Source: Bacilli bacterium (GTDB taxonomy: Bacteria; Bacillota_I; Bacilli_A; RF39; UBA660). From it: a stretch of DNA of 64,000 nucleotides. Positions within the stretch are counted from its first letter, which is position 1. Each line of letters opens with the position of its first letter. Shown one piece after another: positions 38,501-48,924 of the stretch. Both the position numbers and the translations under genes were made by a program. The DNA lies in the NCBI GenBank assembly GCA_017428495.1, contig JAFRQS010000026.1, positions 8,372-72,371 of the forward strand, in the 5' to 3' direction. The notes beneath the pieces were generated by a model, which saw only the letters and a list, made by a program, of their open reading frames with translations, was not told the origin of the DNA and did not search any database.

Positions 38501-40202
38501 TCTTTACTATCTCTATATCTCTTGCCGTTTTAAAATCATCTGTAATTATAAAATAATATGGTCTATATGATTTATAATTTGCCTCTTTATATCCACGTTC
38601 ATCTTCCCTATAAGCTCTAGCTTGGAATTCAGCTTCTAACGCACTAGATACTTGCTTCATATCATCTAATGTATCTGCAAAATATCTTATTGATTTTTCA
38701 TCATTAAAGCAATGTGGTAATAATTTTGCAAACTCCCAAAAATGAGACTTTTCCTTATTTGTAAAAAATACTAATTTTAAATCATCATAACTAAAGTAAG
38801 TTATAAGTTGTAATATCAATCCATATGAAACTTTTTCTATAATAGGTGTCTCACCTACTAAAGCCGAAATATATTTATCTACAAATGAAACCGTAATAGG
38901 AACATTAACCAAGTCCTTAGAATCAGATACCAACTTGTTAGTTACTTGCTTTAAGTCATCAATTTGAAGTGAAAAGTGTTCTTCTGGATACCTAATATCA
39001 ATGTTAACAGGCTCAGTTCCCGTTCCAACTCTAACTCTTAAAAAATCATCTTGATCTTTTTCTCTTTCCCACAAATTTGTTTTTCTAAACAAAATTGTCT
39101 TTTTTAGTTCTTCTGTTGGTGGAAAGCTTTCAATTAATGCAGTTGTTTGAACTTGCATTACATTTCTTATATAATTTCTTTTTTGCTCAATATATTCAGT
39201 ATATTTATCAATTCTAAGTTTCTCTTGAGCTTTAAATTGTTTCTTTTTATACCACTTGTTTAATAATGGCCACAAGAACATTGTACATAGCATCGCAACT
39301 GCCATTATTATTGATGGTAATGCTTCTTTAAGTGGTCTATGATTAGTTACTACACTATTTATTGCTGTAAACGCACTTACCGCTGAAGTCATACCCATAG
39401 TAAGCATTGGTCCTATCGAAAATAATAATGGGGTTTTATCTTCCTCTGGCTTTGGAGGAGGTGAATCAATTTGCATTACAATTTTATCTGGATTATTCCT
39501 AAATCTAGGTGCTTTAAAGAAATAATCAGAATCTTTATACATCAAAATTTCTTCATCTGATTCTTCGAATACTTTAGCATTTTGCTTTGGATATCTAGAT
39601 TCCACAAAAAGATTACTATCTACTTTTATTTTATCTACATTATTAATAATAATATTATTCTTTATTACAATAATTTTAAGTCCCATAATAAATATTACAT
39701 CGCCATTGCTTAATACCTTGTTTATTACTTTTTTATTATTTACATATACATTTCTATTACTAGAAAGAGCACTTATACTCCACAAATTGTCTCTAAATAT
39801 TAATCTGGCATTTTCTGGCTCTACATATGGGTTATTATATTGTATTTGACAAGTTTCTTTACTTCCTATAGTCATTTCAGCATTACCTTTAATCATAAGC
39901 TGAACAGTCTTAGAACTATAAACCTCTGAGCAATACACCATTGCATCAGATTCTCTATTTACTTTCAATAAATAGAATTTTCCCAACTCTAAATCAACAC
40001 TATCTTTTTGTTCATTATTTTCATCATAAATAGTTACTTCATAGTTACTAAGCATTTGCCATTTGCCATTATTCTCAACTATATTTATAAAATTTCTATC
40101 TTTCCCATCTTTAGCTTTATCAGTAATCCAATAGTTACCATGCACTTGTGCTGGTAAAACAAAATTAATTACCTCATCCTCCTTAATAACAGAAACTTTC
40201 AT
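35574..40202 (-). CDS. essC: type VII secretion FtsK/SpoIIIE-family ATPase EssC
   Basis: 1542 aa. N-terminal forkhead-like domains, TM segments around residue 250-310, three P-loop ATPase domains (GMTGSGKS, GAAGSGKN). Confidence 0.85.
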   Translation of the reverse strand: MKVSVIKEDEVINFVLPAQVHGNYWITDKAKDGKDRNFINIVENNGKWQMLSNYEVTIYDENNEQKDSVDLELGKFYLLKVNRESDAMVYCSEVYSSKTVQLMIKGNAEMTIGSKETCQIQYNNPYVEPENARLIFRDNLWSISALSSNRNVYVNNKKVINKVLSNGDVIFIMGLKIIVIKNNIIINNVDKIKVDSNLFVESRYPKQNAKVFEESDEEILMYKDSDYFFKAPRFRNNPDKIVMQIDSPPPKPEEDKTPLLFSIGPMLTMGMTSAVSAFTAINSVVTNHRPLKEALPSIIMAVAMLCTMFLWPLLNKWYKKKQFKAQEKLRIDKYTEYIEQKRNYIRNVMQVQTTALIESFPPTEELKKTILFRKTNLWEREKDQDDFLRVRVGTGTEPVNIDIRYPEEHFSLQIDDLKQVTNKLVSDSKDLVNVPITVSFVDKYISALVGETPIIEKVSYGLILQLITYFSYDDLKLVFFTNKEKSHFWEFAKLLPHCFNDEKSIRYFADTLDDMKQVSSALEAEFQARAYREDERGYKEANYKSYRPYYFIITDDFKTARDIEIVKNILDQKINYGFSILILNDKLTNLPNECMNFIAIGHNNRGVIFEDELVTNKQKKFIADYDETLDLTECAIKLANIPIDTVKDEVAFPKSISFLEMYNVGKVEQLNSYNRWQTNVPINSLQAPLGVDKQGNIFKLDLHEKFHGPHGLIAGMTGSGKSELIITYILSLAVNYHPYEVSFIIIDYKGGGVALAFENKETGKKLPHIAGTITNLDTAEMNRALTSIESELRRRQKAFNKARDISNESTIDIYKYQKLYRSGVVSEPISHLFIICDEFAELKTQQPEFMDQLISTARIGRSLGVHLILATQKPSGVVNDQIWSNSRFRICLKVQEKEDSMDMIKSPEAAMLKNVGRFYLQVGYNEFFAQGLAAWSGAPYIPTDKPKKKVDNAVNFIDNIGYIYKNVDDEKDLNQSSKEEQLSSVINYLIDIAKEEKIEVKQLWLDKIPELIYVEDLAKKYNYVPEPGIINPIVGEYDDPANQRQDLLTLNLSKEGNTIVYGAAGSGKNTFISSIVYSTIINHSAEEVNFYIMDFGSEIFRTYKKAPQVGDVLLVNDVEKVNNLFKMLFAKMSERKKILSEYNGDFNYYNKKSDKKMPLIVVVINNYEAFYENYDMHEEHMLQLTREASMYGIVFILSVSSTNSVRYRLRQNFKQEFVLQLNDETDYSSILGNVHRMYPSKMYGRGLVKLDALYEFQTSHPYNPEELSEHISEVCDKLKAEADVFAEPVAVLPEVVTADDINAKLKGIDSIPIGINKGSLAISTWDFNTNIGTMISAVEFDNMNFFIKPFIDQFKEIKNSTILVFDALDLLKDAVNSGNTFYYRSDFNKIIESLEQTAEKQKQVYINNNYNKEIFNNVKPVVCIIIGIDSLLLKLSPDAKNKYNLLVETANMIQTIKFIFFDTIDIFKKMEYDNWYKAILKNNQGIWIGNGISEQYTLKVSKITRELQADVETGFGYVVKRGVPVLTKFLTTEEGYKGEDYE

Positions 40203-40285
40203 ATGCCACCACCTATTATTCTAATCTAAATATAATTTTACCACATAAATCTATTAATTCAAATATAAAATTAAAAAAAAGAAGA

Positions 40286-40642
40286 TTATTCATCTTCTAT
40301 TAAACCATCAACTTTTTCTATAATTTCATCAAACAATTTTTCATCATCAATTGATTTAAATATTTCACTACCATCTTTATCTTTAGTAATTTCTAAAATA
40401 AACACAGATTCATTATTACAACAGCAATCATCACCGCAAGTACATTCACCATCTTTACAATGACAATCATCTCCACAAGTACATTCTCCACCTTCTTTGC
40501 AATTGCAATCATCATCACAAGAATCTATTTCTGTCAATATTGCATACTTTTTCTTTTTATAATCAAATTCCTTTAATATAAGAAGATTATATTCCTTTCC
40601 ATCTTCTCCTACCACTTTTACTAAATTATTCTCATTTTCCAT
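40286..40642 (-). CDS. DUF1292-like protein with 12-Cys insertion
   Basis: DUF1292 pattern (VVGEDGKEYNLLIL...YAIL ... ILEITKDKDGSEIF...DDE) interrupted by CDDDCNCKEGGECTCGDDCHCKDGECTCGDDCCC. Confidence 0.45.
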   Translation of the reverse strand: MENENNLVKVVGEDGKEYNLLILKEFDYKKKKYAILTEIDSCDDDCNCKEGGECTCGDDCHCKDGECTCGDDCCCNNESVFILEITKDKDGSEIFKSIDDEKLFDEIIEKVDGLIEDE

Positions 40643-40698
40643 CTTTTCACCTCGAACATAATTATATCATATATTTTTTTACATGTATAAATTTTATA

Positions 40699-41334
40699 TT
40701 ATTTTATTTCTCTTTTTATAATAAAACATTTATTATTTCTATAAAAAGCATAAAACACATCCTCTATTGTAGTTTTTTCTTGTTTTAACACTTTAATAAG
40801 CCAATCCTTTGTCTTATTAATACTATTCAATGTATCATATTGAATTTTGCCATCTAATATTAATGGCATTGGATATATCTTTTTATTATCAAACAAAAAT
40901 ACTGATAACTTCCCATTGTTTTCTAATATGGCATATTCAATTTCATCTAATGATTTTATTCCTTTATCTCTTATCTGCATTAATAAATCTTCTATACTAT
41001 ATCTTTGTTTTTCCATTTCTTTAAAATTTATATTTCCATCCTTTATTATTACTGATGGATTAAAATCAACTAATGTTCTAAATCTTACACTTTTTAATGA
41101 TAAAAATGACACTACTACCTCTAATAATACAATTATTATTGTTGGTATTAATGTTTGAAATAATGGAATATTATAATTTTCTATACCAATAGTAGCAAAT
41201 TGTGCAAATAAAACAGATACTAGTAAATCATTTATCCCCAATTCTCCTATTTCTCTTTTGCCCATTATTCTAAACAATAATAAAAATAAAATATAATAAA
41301 AGAATGTTCTAAATATTATTATATATAAATTCAT
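40699..41334 (-). CDS. DUF421/YetF-family membrane protein
   Basis: N-terminal TM helices plus MGKREIGELGINDLLVSV. Confidence 0.6.
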   Translation of the reverse strand: MNLYIIIFRTFFYYILFLLLFRIMGKREIGELGINDLLVSVLFAQFATIGIENYNIPLFQTLIPTIIIVLLEVVVSFLSLKSVRFRTLVDFNPSVIIKDGNINFKEMEKQRYSIEDLLMQIRDKGIKSLDEIEYAILENNGKLSVFLFDNKKIYPMPLILDGKIQYDTLNSINKTKDWLIKVLKQEKTTIEDVFYAFYRNNKCFIIKREIK

Positions 41335-41406
41335 AATATCACCTATTTCATTATGAACTTATACATATTTTATTATTCAATTTAATAATATAATTTAGGA
41401 GGAATT

Positions 41407-41760
41407 ATGAAAAAATTTATAAAACCAACTCTTTATTCTTTAATAGCATTTATAATATTTACATTTATAATCACTTTATTTAACTATATTGGTATATTAC
41501 CATATAAATTATTTAAAATTATTAGGATTATAGGAATTATAATAATATTCTTTATAGATGGTTTTTTAGTTGGAAAAGAATCTAATAAAAAAGGATGGTT
41601 AAATGGATTAGAAGGTAGTTTAATATTATTAATAATATTTGCTATATTTAATTTATTATTTAATGGGAATTTTAGTATTAAAACTCTAATTGGATATGTA
41701 GTACTTATAGTAATTAGTATACTAGGTAGTATGCTTGGCATAAATAAAAAGAACATTTAG
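41407..41760 (+). CDS. small membrane protein
   Basis: Four hydrophobic segments, 117 aa. RBS AGGAGG upstream. Confidence 0.45.
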   Translation: MKKFIKPTLYSLIAFIIFTFIITLFNYIGILPYKLFKIIRIIGIIIIFFIDGFLVGKESNKKGWLNGLEGSLILLIIFAIFNLLFNGNFSIKTLIGYVVLIVISILGSMLGINKKNI

Positions 41761-42290
41761 TTCTTTTCTTTTAACAATTTAAAATAATAATATATTTTAT
41801 TATAAAATTCTTCTTTATTTTTATTATAAAACTCTATTATTTTATTAGCTGTTTCATATGATAAATCATATTCTTCTTTAGTTATAAAATTTTTATTTAA
41901 CGCATTATTAATCTCATCTTCATCTAATAAATATATTTTTTTATCATTTCTAATAACTACATCTAAAAATATATCAACAAAATATGGATTATATGCATCA
42001 ATATTATTTTCTTTTGTTATATCAAAATAACTCTCTATTAAATTATCATTTTCATCAAACATTACAGTTAACCACCATTTAGAATTTCTAGGCGCAAATT
42101 CTAACCATTTATAATTATTATCTAATATTTTTATATCCCCATATGGATACTTAATTATAAGTGGTTCAACATTATATACATTTAATAATGCTATTTTTCC
42201 ATCAAAAAAATTATTTTTAATATCTATTGTTTTAACATCTTTTTCTTTTATTCTAGACATTTCGGTCCTATATAAACTTTTTTCTTTCAT
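41757..42290 (-). CDS. DUF402 (FomD-like nucleoside phosphatase family) protein
   Basis: WLEFAP...WWLTVMFDEN...YFDI...VDIFLDVVI...LLDEDEI pattern. Confidence 0.5.
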   Translation of the reverse strand: MKEKSLYRTEMSRIKEKDVKTIDIKNNFFDGKIALLNVYNVEPLIIKYPYGDIKILDNNYKWLEFAPRNSKWWLTVMFDENDNLIESYFDITKENNIDAYNPYFVDIFLDVVIRNDKKIYLLDEDEINNALNKNFITKEEYDLSYETANKIIEFYNKNKEEFYNKIYYYFKLLKEKN

Positions 42291-42291
42291 A

Positions 42292-43662
42292 TTACCTACA
42301 TTTTTCTACTATACTTAAAAATTCTTCTTTTATTTCTTCTAGCCTTTTTTCAGTACTTGCTTCAAATCTTGCTGTTACATTAGGTCCTGTGTTAGAGCAT
42401 CTAACAAGTGCCCATCCATCATCAAAATATACTTTAACTCCATCTATTAATGACATCTTATAACCCTTTAAATTACAATATTTTTTTATTTCATCTATTA
42501 CTAAATATTTTGTATCATCAGAAAAAGCAAATTTAAGTTCAGGAGTAGCATAATACTTATTTACTCCTTTTACCATATCCGATAATTTTTTATCACTTTT
42601 AGACATTATTTCTAATAGTTTTAAGCCAGCATATAAACCACTAGTTATAGGTGGAAAATTATTATTAAAATATATGTGCCCAGAATATTCTACTCCAAAT
42701 AGCATATTATCCTTCATAACAGTATCCATCATATAAGATGCACCCGTTCTATTTTCATGTGGTATTCCGCCTAACTTTAATATTTCATCCTTTACTATTT
42801 TAGAACATTTTATGTCATATAAAGCATTTTTATTACTATTATTTTTTAATAATTCTCTAAGTATTACAATAGCATAAAAATCAGATGTCATCATTTCTCC
42901 ATTTTCATAAATAAAACCTGCTCTATCTCCATCTCCATCAAAACCAATACCTACATCAGCTTTTTCTTCTAATACTTTTTTCTTTAAATCACGTACATTT
43001 TCTTCAACTATTGGATCTGGATGGTGATTAGGAAAATTACCATCAGATTCATCATAAAGCATTACTAAGTCTATTGGAAATTTACTATATAATTCTTTTG
43101 CAAATACTGATGTTGTACCATTTCCACAATCAAGCACTACTTTTAACCTTCTATTTCCAAAATTAAGATTATTTTTTATCAAATTATAGTATTCTTCGAT
43201 AATATTATATCTAAATAGTGTACCTTTACCTTCATCAAATGCATTATTAATTACAAAATCTCTAAATTTAAATATTTCTTCACCTTTAGCATTTCCTATC
43301 TCACTAAAAGAAAACTTAAATCCATTATCATCCTTTGGATTATGACTAGCTGTAACCATTATACCAGCATTTATTTTCTTTAACATTCTAGCATAATAAA
43401 GCATAGGTGTTGTAACAAGGCCTAAATCTATAACATCAACGCCAGTACTTAATATTCCTTCTGTTAATGCATGATTAATAGAGCTTGAACTAATTCTATT
43501 ATCATGTCCAACCAAGCACATATTTTCTCCAAGTTTCTTTATATAAGTACCATATGCTTTACCAATTGTATAACTAACATCTTCATCTATATCAATTGGA
43601 TATACTCCTCTAATATCATATTCTCTAAATATATTCTTATTAATATTCCTAACTATATTCAT
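42292..43662 (-). CDS. phosphoglucomutase/phosphomannomutase family protein
   Basis: TASHNPKDDNGFKF active-site serine loop. 456 aa. Confidence 0.75.
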   Translation of the reverse strand: MNIVRNINKNIFREYDIRGVYPIDIDEDVSYTIGKAYGTYIKKLGENMCLVGHDNRISSSSINHALTEGILSTGVDVIDLGLVTTPMLYYARMLKKINAGIMVTASHNPKDDNGFKFSFSEIGNAKGEEIFKFRDFVINNAFDEGKGTLFRYNIIEEYYNLIKNNLNFGNRRLKVVLDCGNGTTSVFAKELYSKFPIDLVMLYDESDGNFPNHHPDPIVEENVRDLKKKVLEEKADVGIGFDGDGDRAGFIYENGEMMTSDFYAIVILRELLKNNSNKNALYDIKCSKIVKDEILKLGGIPHENRTGASYMMDTVMKDNMLFGVEYSGHIYFNNNFPPITSGLYAGLKLLEIMSKSDKKLSDMVKGVNKYYATPELKFAFSDDTKYLVIDEIKKYCNLKGYKMSLIDGVKVYFDDGWALVRCSNTGPNVTARFEASTEKRLEEIKEEFLSIVEKCR

Positions 43663-43711
43663 ACTATCACCACTTTAATTATACAATAATACATGATAAA
43701 AGTGTAAACAA

Positions 43712-44533
43712 TTACATTTGTTTACACTTTTTTTCATTAAGCAATTCCTCCAAAAAAACTATATTATATCCCTTCTTTAATATATAATTACTTACAAATT
43801 CTAATTTATTTATACTATTCTCATCAAAATAAATTATACTTCCATTTTTAATATTCTTTTTCAAATTATATATATCTTTAGCAGTTAATTTAGGTGTTAT
43901 AGTATACATCTTATTCTTTGAACAATTTATTAAACTATCATTATCTTTCAGAATATTTAAGCAATATAATGACTCATTATAATTGCTTTCTATCACATCA
44001 TTAATCCATTCTATATTCACATCATCATAGTAACTATCTATTCCACCATTAAATACTTTAATATTTTCTGGTATATTTATTTTACTATCTTTAAGTAACA
44101 TTCCATCTAAAAACAAATTCAATCTAATATCATCAATTTCTTTAAGCTTATCTAATGAATCTTCTAAGTATACAACAATAGATATATTTCTATTAAGATT
44201 ATTTCCACCTGTAATATATTTATCATAATAATTAATAGATGTAATCTTAGGTATCAAATCTTTATACCTTAACATTTTATCTGAGTAATTATTCAATTTT
44301 TTCATATTCTCATAGCTTTTATTTATATCAACACTGCATCCAGATATTCCTGTTACTAATTCATCATCATTTATAATTGCATTTATACTTTCCGTATCAA
44401 TAACTTCTGAAACCTCTTTTATTTTAATCATTATTGGATCCTTGTCTTTAACAATATCATTAATATTATTTGTATAAATTAAACTTATTACAAACAAAAA
44501 AATAATTATAAAATATTCAAAAGACTTATTCAT
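43712..44533 (-). CDS. secreted/membrane-anchored hypothetical protein
   Basis: N-terminal signal anchor. 273 aa. Confidence 0.35.
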   Translation of the reverse strand: MNKSFEYFIIIFLFVISLIYTNNINDIVKDKDPIMIKIKEVSEVIDTESINAIINDDELVTGISGCSVDINKSYENMKKLNNYSDKMLRYKDLIPKITSINYYDKYITGGNNLNRNISIVVYLEDSLDKLKEIDDIRLNLFLDGMLLKDSKINIPENIKVFNGGIDSYYDDVNIEWINDVIESNYNESLYCLNILKDNDSLINCSKNKMYTITPKLTAKDIYNLKKNIKNGSIIYFDENSINKLEFVSNYILKKGYNIVFLEELLNEKKCKQM

Positions 44534-44575
44534 TTTACCACCAATAAATTATATTAATAAGAAAGAAAAAAATTC

Positions 44576-46297
44576 TTATTTAGAATTTTTTTCATATAAA
44601 TTTGACAATTTTTTATATATTCCTGGTTCAACCATATCTATTGTATTTAAAGTAAGTTCTAAGGCTTTCTTATAATCTCCTCTTAAAAATAAAACCTCTG
44701 CTTTATTTAAACCTTCATTTACATATTGCTTCTTAACTCTATATCTATTGCCATAAATTATAGCATTTTCTGCTAATGTAGCAGCTTTTACAAGTTCATT
44801 GCTTGTATTATTAAACTTAAAAATCAAATCTCTTGCTGTATCTACTCTAGTATTTAGTATATCGATATTTATAGGCTTCCTATCTAGTTCTTTATTTACT
44901 TCTCTAACTGCTTCCATAGCTTCTTTCAATTCAACAAAATATAAATCAGGTATAAGCGGTAATTTGTATTCTCTTATTTTTGATTTACTAAGTTCAAGTA
45001 ATGATGACATATCTTCAAGCTGTTCTCGTGCTCTTTTCTCATCTTCTTGCATACTTCCAATTGATTGCATATAACTATCTAATCTTTCTTCTACTTTAGA
45101 CAATTTAAGTATCAATATTTCTTGTTCTTTATTTAATCTTGTATATGGAAAGCTTGAAGTTCTAGTAGCATCTAATAATTTATCAAAATCTTCATCAAGA
45201 ACAACCAATTCATTAGACAAATCATCTAATGACTTTAATTGACCTTCTGATAATTTATAATTATACTTTGAATCAACAACCTTGCCATATAATTTATTCA
45301 TTACTTCATTAATTTTCTTTATCTTTGATTTAAATAATGTTACAGATTCCTCATACTCTTTTCTTGCTATTTTTTCTCTTTCAAAATCAGTAAAAATAGA
45401 ATCTGTATATTCTAGTATTGTCCTAAGTTCGAAAAGTGCATCTTCCAAATTTAAAACTCTAATCCTAGACATAATATCTTTTAATTTCTTATCTATTTCA
45501 TTTATATTATATTCAATATTTAAATAATCCAATTGAAAACCAGATTTAACCATATTTTCATATGTATTACTTACTTCTTCTAATCTTTTTGGTATTATTG
45601 TCTCTATCATAGCAATAGACGGAGGTATTTCATCTACTATAGTCTCCAAATGCTTTACTAGCTTATCTATTAACTTAACCATTTTATTTGCGGATATATA
45701 GTCTTGCTTTTCCAAATCTTTCTCAAATTCCAAAAATCTTTTCTCTATAGTTTCAATTTGTAATTCCACAACATTTGTTACTGATGAAAATGAACCTTTA
45801 TTAGTTTCAAAATTATGTACTATATCTCTATACTTGGTTTTTAATTCTGTAATTAATACTCTATTTCTTTCTTCACTCAACGTTATCTCTTTTATCTCTT
45901 CTAATAGTCTTTCTTTTTGTTCTTTTAATTCAAGTAATTTTATTTCAATATTAATCTTTTTCTTTAAAAAATCCTTATAATCTTTTTGTTCTATAGAAAA
46001 ATCAGCGTCAAGTATCATATCATTTATAGAAGACTCTAAATCTGTTTTTATACTTTCTATTTCTTTCTTCCATAGTTTATATTTATCCTTTATTGACTTA
46101 GTTTTTAATGTTTCAACTTTAGACAATTCTGATAATATAGGAGCATCAAGTATTTGATTTTTTTCTACATCTAATTCTTGCATTTCACTTTTATATTTTT
46201 TCTTATTAAAATATTGTATTAAATTTAATGCAATAATTATACATGCAACACCTATAAAATAATATGTTATCATAAGTAAAATTATATTATCTTCCAT
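44576..46297 (-). CDS. ezrA: septation ring formation regulator EzrA
   Basis: N-terminal TM anchor plus about 540-aa coiled-coil. Conserved position next to rpsD/tyrS. Confidence 0.7.
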   Translation of the reverse strand: MEDNIILLMITYYFIGVACIIIALNLIQYFNKKKYKSEMQELDVEKNQILDAPILSELSKVETLKTKSIKDKYKLWKKEIESIKTDLESSINDMILDADFSIEQKDYKDFLKKKINIEIKLLELKEQKERLLEEIKEITLSEERNRVLITELKTKYRDIVHNFETNKGSFSSVTNVVELQIETIEKRFLEFEKDLEKQDYISANKMVKLIDKLVKHLETIVDEIPPSIAMIETIIPKRLEEVSNTYENMVKSGFQLDYLNIEYNINEIDKKLKDIMSRIRVLNLEDALFELRTILEYTDSIFTDFEREKIARKEYEESVTLFKSKIKKINEVMNKLYGKVVDSKYNYKLSEGQLKSLDDLSNELVVLDEDFDKLLDATRTSSFPYTRLNKEQEILILKLSKVEERLDSYMQSIGSMQEDEKRAREQLEDMSSLLELSKSKIREYKLPLIPDLYFVELKEAMEAVREVNKELDRKPINIDILNTRVDTARDLIFKFNNTSNELVKAATLAENAIIYGNRYRVKKQYVNEGLNKAEVLFLRGDYKKALELTLNTIDMVEPGIYKKLSNLYEKNSK

Positions 46298-46559
46298 TGT
46301 TACACTCTCCTATCTATAATATATTCTATCACATATTTCGACATTTTAGAATATATTTTATAGTATTGACTAAATTTAAATTAAATATTATAATACATAT
46401 GCTTTAAACATTTTGGCAGCATTGTAATCTATCTTATAATGTGTTTATTTTAAATGAAATTAGTAGTTAAAAGCTGCTTTAGCGAAAATTGTAAATAATC
46501 ACCCTATAAGTAAAATTATGATCTCTTGTTTATAGTAAACAAAAGAAAGGAGAAATGTT

Positions 46560-47159
46560 ATGAGATATACTGGACCAAGTTATAAGAAAAGTCGTCGTGT
46601 TGGCATTTCAACATTAGAAACTGGCAAGGAACTTGTTAAGAGACCTTATGGACCAGGTCAACATGGAAACGCTAGAAAAAGTAAATTATCTAACTATGGT
46701 GTTCAACTAGTTGAAAAACAAAAAATTAGATTTACTTATGGAATTAGTGAAAAGCAATTAAAGAAAGCTTTTGAAAAAGCTGGTAAATTAAAAGGTATCC
46801 ATGGTGAAAATATGCTTAAATTATTAGAAAGCAGACTTGATAACATAGTTTATCGTATGGGTATTGCTTCTACAAGAAGAGCTGCAAGACAATTTGTAAA
46901 TCATGGACACGTAGCTGTAAATGGTAAAAAAGTTGACATTCCTTCATATCAAGTTAAACCTGGTGATGTAGTATCAGTAAGAGAAAATTCTAAAGAACAT
47001 AAAGGCATGAAGCAAGCATTAGAAGCAATTAATAGAAATGTAGAATATGTTTCATTTGATAAGAATAAACTTGAAGGTACTTATATAAGATATCCAGAAA
47101 GAAGTGAATTAAGTCAAGATATCAATGAATCATTAGTTGTTGAATTCTATAATAAGTAA
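46560..47159 (+). CDS. rpsD: 30S ribosomal protein S4
   Basis: MRYTGPSYKKSRRVG ... S4 domain. 199 aa. Confidence 0.9.
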   Translation: MRYTGPSYKKSRRVGISTLETGKELVKRPYGPGQHGNARKSKLSNYGVQLVEKQKIRFTYGISEKQLKKAFEKAGKLKGIHGENMLKLLESRLDNIVYRMGIASTRRAARQFVNHGHVAVNGKKVDIPSYQVKPGDVVSVRENSKEHKGMKQALEAINRNVEYVSFDKNKLEGTYIRYPERSELSQDINESLVVEFYNK

Positions 47160-47197
47160 TAAAAAGAGGTAAATCCTCTTTTTTTACTAAAAAAGTA

Positions 47198-48424
47198 TTA
47201 CTTAAATTTAACTAAGTAATACTTTTTCTTTCCACGTCTAACTACAATATATTTATTATCTATTGCAAAAGTTTTATTAATTATAAAATCTAAATCTGTA
47301 ATTTTATCACCATTTATAGTAATACTTCCGTTAGTCAAAAATTCCCTTGCTTCTCTTTTAGATGAACATATAGTTGTATTAACTAACATATCTACTACAT
47401 TTAATTCACTATCTATTTCATAACTATCAACATTATTAAATACTTTTTCAATATCACTAGGATCCAATTTTCTAATCTCACCACTAAATAATATCTCACT
47501 AGTTTCTAGTGCTTTTTTATATTCATCTTTACCACGTATATCTGTTATTACTTCTTCTGCCAATACTTTTTGTGCAATTCTTAAATGTGGTTCAGCATTA
47601 TGCCTTTTCATTATATCCATTATTTCTTCAGGAGTTTTGAATGTAAATACCTTTAAATAATCTTCACACATTGTATCATCTGTATTAATAAAATATTGAT
47701 ATAATTCATAAGATGATGTCTTATTCTTATCTAACCATACTGTTTTACCTTCACTCTTACTTATTTTAGTACCATCCTTATTAGTAATAAGTGGCATAGT
47801 AAACGCATATACATCCTTCCCTGTCTTCTTTCTTATTAAATCTACACCTGCTGTTATATTTCCCCATTGATCTGACCCTGCTACCTGCATAGTGCAATTC
47901 TTAGTTTCATATAGATGTAAAAAATCTAATGCCTGCATTATCATATATGAAAATTCTGTATATGTAATACCTGTTTCCAATCTTCTTTTTATTATATCTT
48001 TATCAAGCATATAATTTAAACTAAAATATTTACCATAATCTCTCAAAAAATCAATAAAATTAATATCTTTAGACCAATCATAATTATTAACTACTTCAAA
48101 GCCAAAAATCTCCTCTGCTTGTTTTTTTAATCCTTTTATATTACGCTCTATTTCTTCAACCGGTTTCATTTCTCGTTCACTAGTAGGTCTAGGGTCTCCA
48201 ATTCTACCAGTAGCACCTCCAACCAAAAGTATTGGATGATGACCACCTTTTGCAAGCCTTTTAGATATTAAAAATGATGGATAGTGACCTATATGTAGAG
48301 AATCAGCAGTAGGATCTGTTCCAATGTAAAATGTCATTCCTCCATTATTTATTTTATCCTCCAAATCATCGCCTGCTGTATCTTTAATTAAGCCTCTCCA
48401 TTTCAATTCATCAAACAATTTCAT
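47198..48424 (-). CDS. tyrS: tyrosine--tRNA ligase
   Basis: HIGH-class motif (SLHIGH), KISKS (KMSKS), C-terminal S4 domain. Confidence 0.9.
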   Translation of the reverse strand: MKLFDELKWRGLIKDTAGDDLEDKINNGGMTFYIGTDPTADSLHIGHYPSFLISKRLAKGGHHPILLVGGATGRIGDPRPTSEREMKPVEEIERNIKGLKKQAEEIFGFEVVNNYDWSKDINFIDFLRDYGKYFSLNYMLDKDIIKRRLETGITYTEFSYMIMQALDFLHLYETKNCTMQVAGSDQWGNITAGVDLIRKKTGKDVYAFTMPLITNKDGTKISKSEGKTVWLDKNKTSSYELYQYFINTDDTMCEDYLKVFTFKTPEEIMDIMKRHNAEPHLRIAQKVLAEEVITDIRGKDEYKKALETSEILFSGEIRKLDPSDIEKVFNNVDSYEIDSELNVVDMLVNTTICSSKREAREFLTNGSITINGDKITDLDFIINKTFAIDNKYIVVRRGKKKYYLVKFK

Positions 48425-48432
48425 AATTCCTC

Positions 48433-48906
48433 CTAATAATCACTATTTAATCTATCTTCTATTATTTTCATTTTTTTATAGCAAGCTTCATATTTTTCAT
48501 TATCACTAAATTTAAACAAGTCTCCCAAATATAAAACATCACTAAATATTTTTTTAACTAATACAGCACTTTTCTCTTCATATAATCTAGATATATTACT
48601 ATATAATATATTCAATAAATATAATAAATCATCTGTATCAGTATGTGGTACTATTTCTAACTCTATATCTAAAATTGTAAAAAAACTTAATGACATAGTT
48701 ATTACATCTGCATATTCCTCTAATGCTTTCTCTTTATCCATCTTTTTAATACTCCAATACTTAAAGCATTTTGTTTCATTCGCAAATTCTGATATTTCAT
48801 TCATAAATTCTATACAATTTTTTTCATACATCTTATTTTCATTTTTATATTTCGACATAAAAATCATATCTAATTTTCTATTTTCATTATAAATATTTTC
48901 CCACAT
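48433..48906 (-). CDS. dimeric dUTPase-like (all-alpha NTP pyrophosphatase) protein
   Basis: EFANETKCFKYW motif resembles the dUTPase_2 family. Co-operonic with tyrS. Confidence 0.35.
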   Translation of the reverse strand: MWENIYNENRKLDMIFMSKYKNENKMYEKNCIEFMNEISEFANETKCFKYWSIKKMDKEKALEEYADVITMSLSFFTILDIELEIVPHTDTDDLLYLLNILYSNISRLYEEKSAVLVKKIFSDVLYLGDLFKFSDNEKYEACYKKMKIIEDRLNSDY

Positions 48907-48924
48907 AATGCCTCCATAAAAAAA

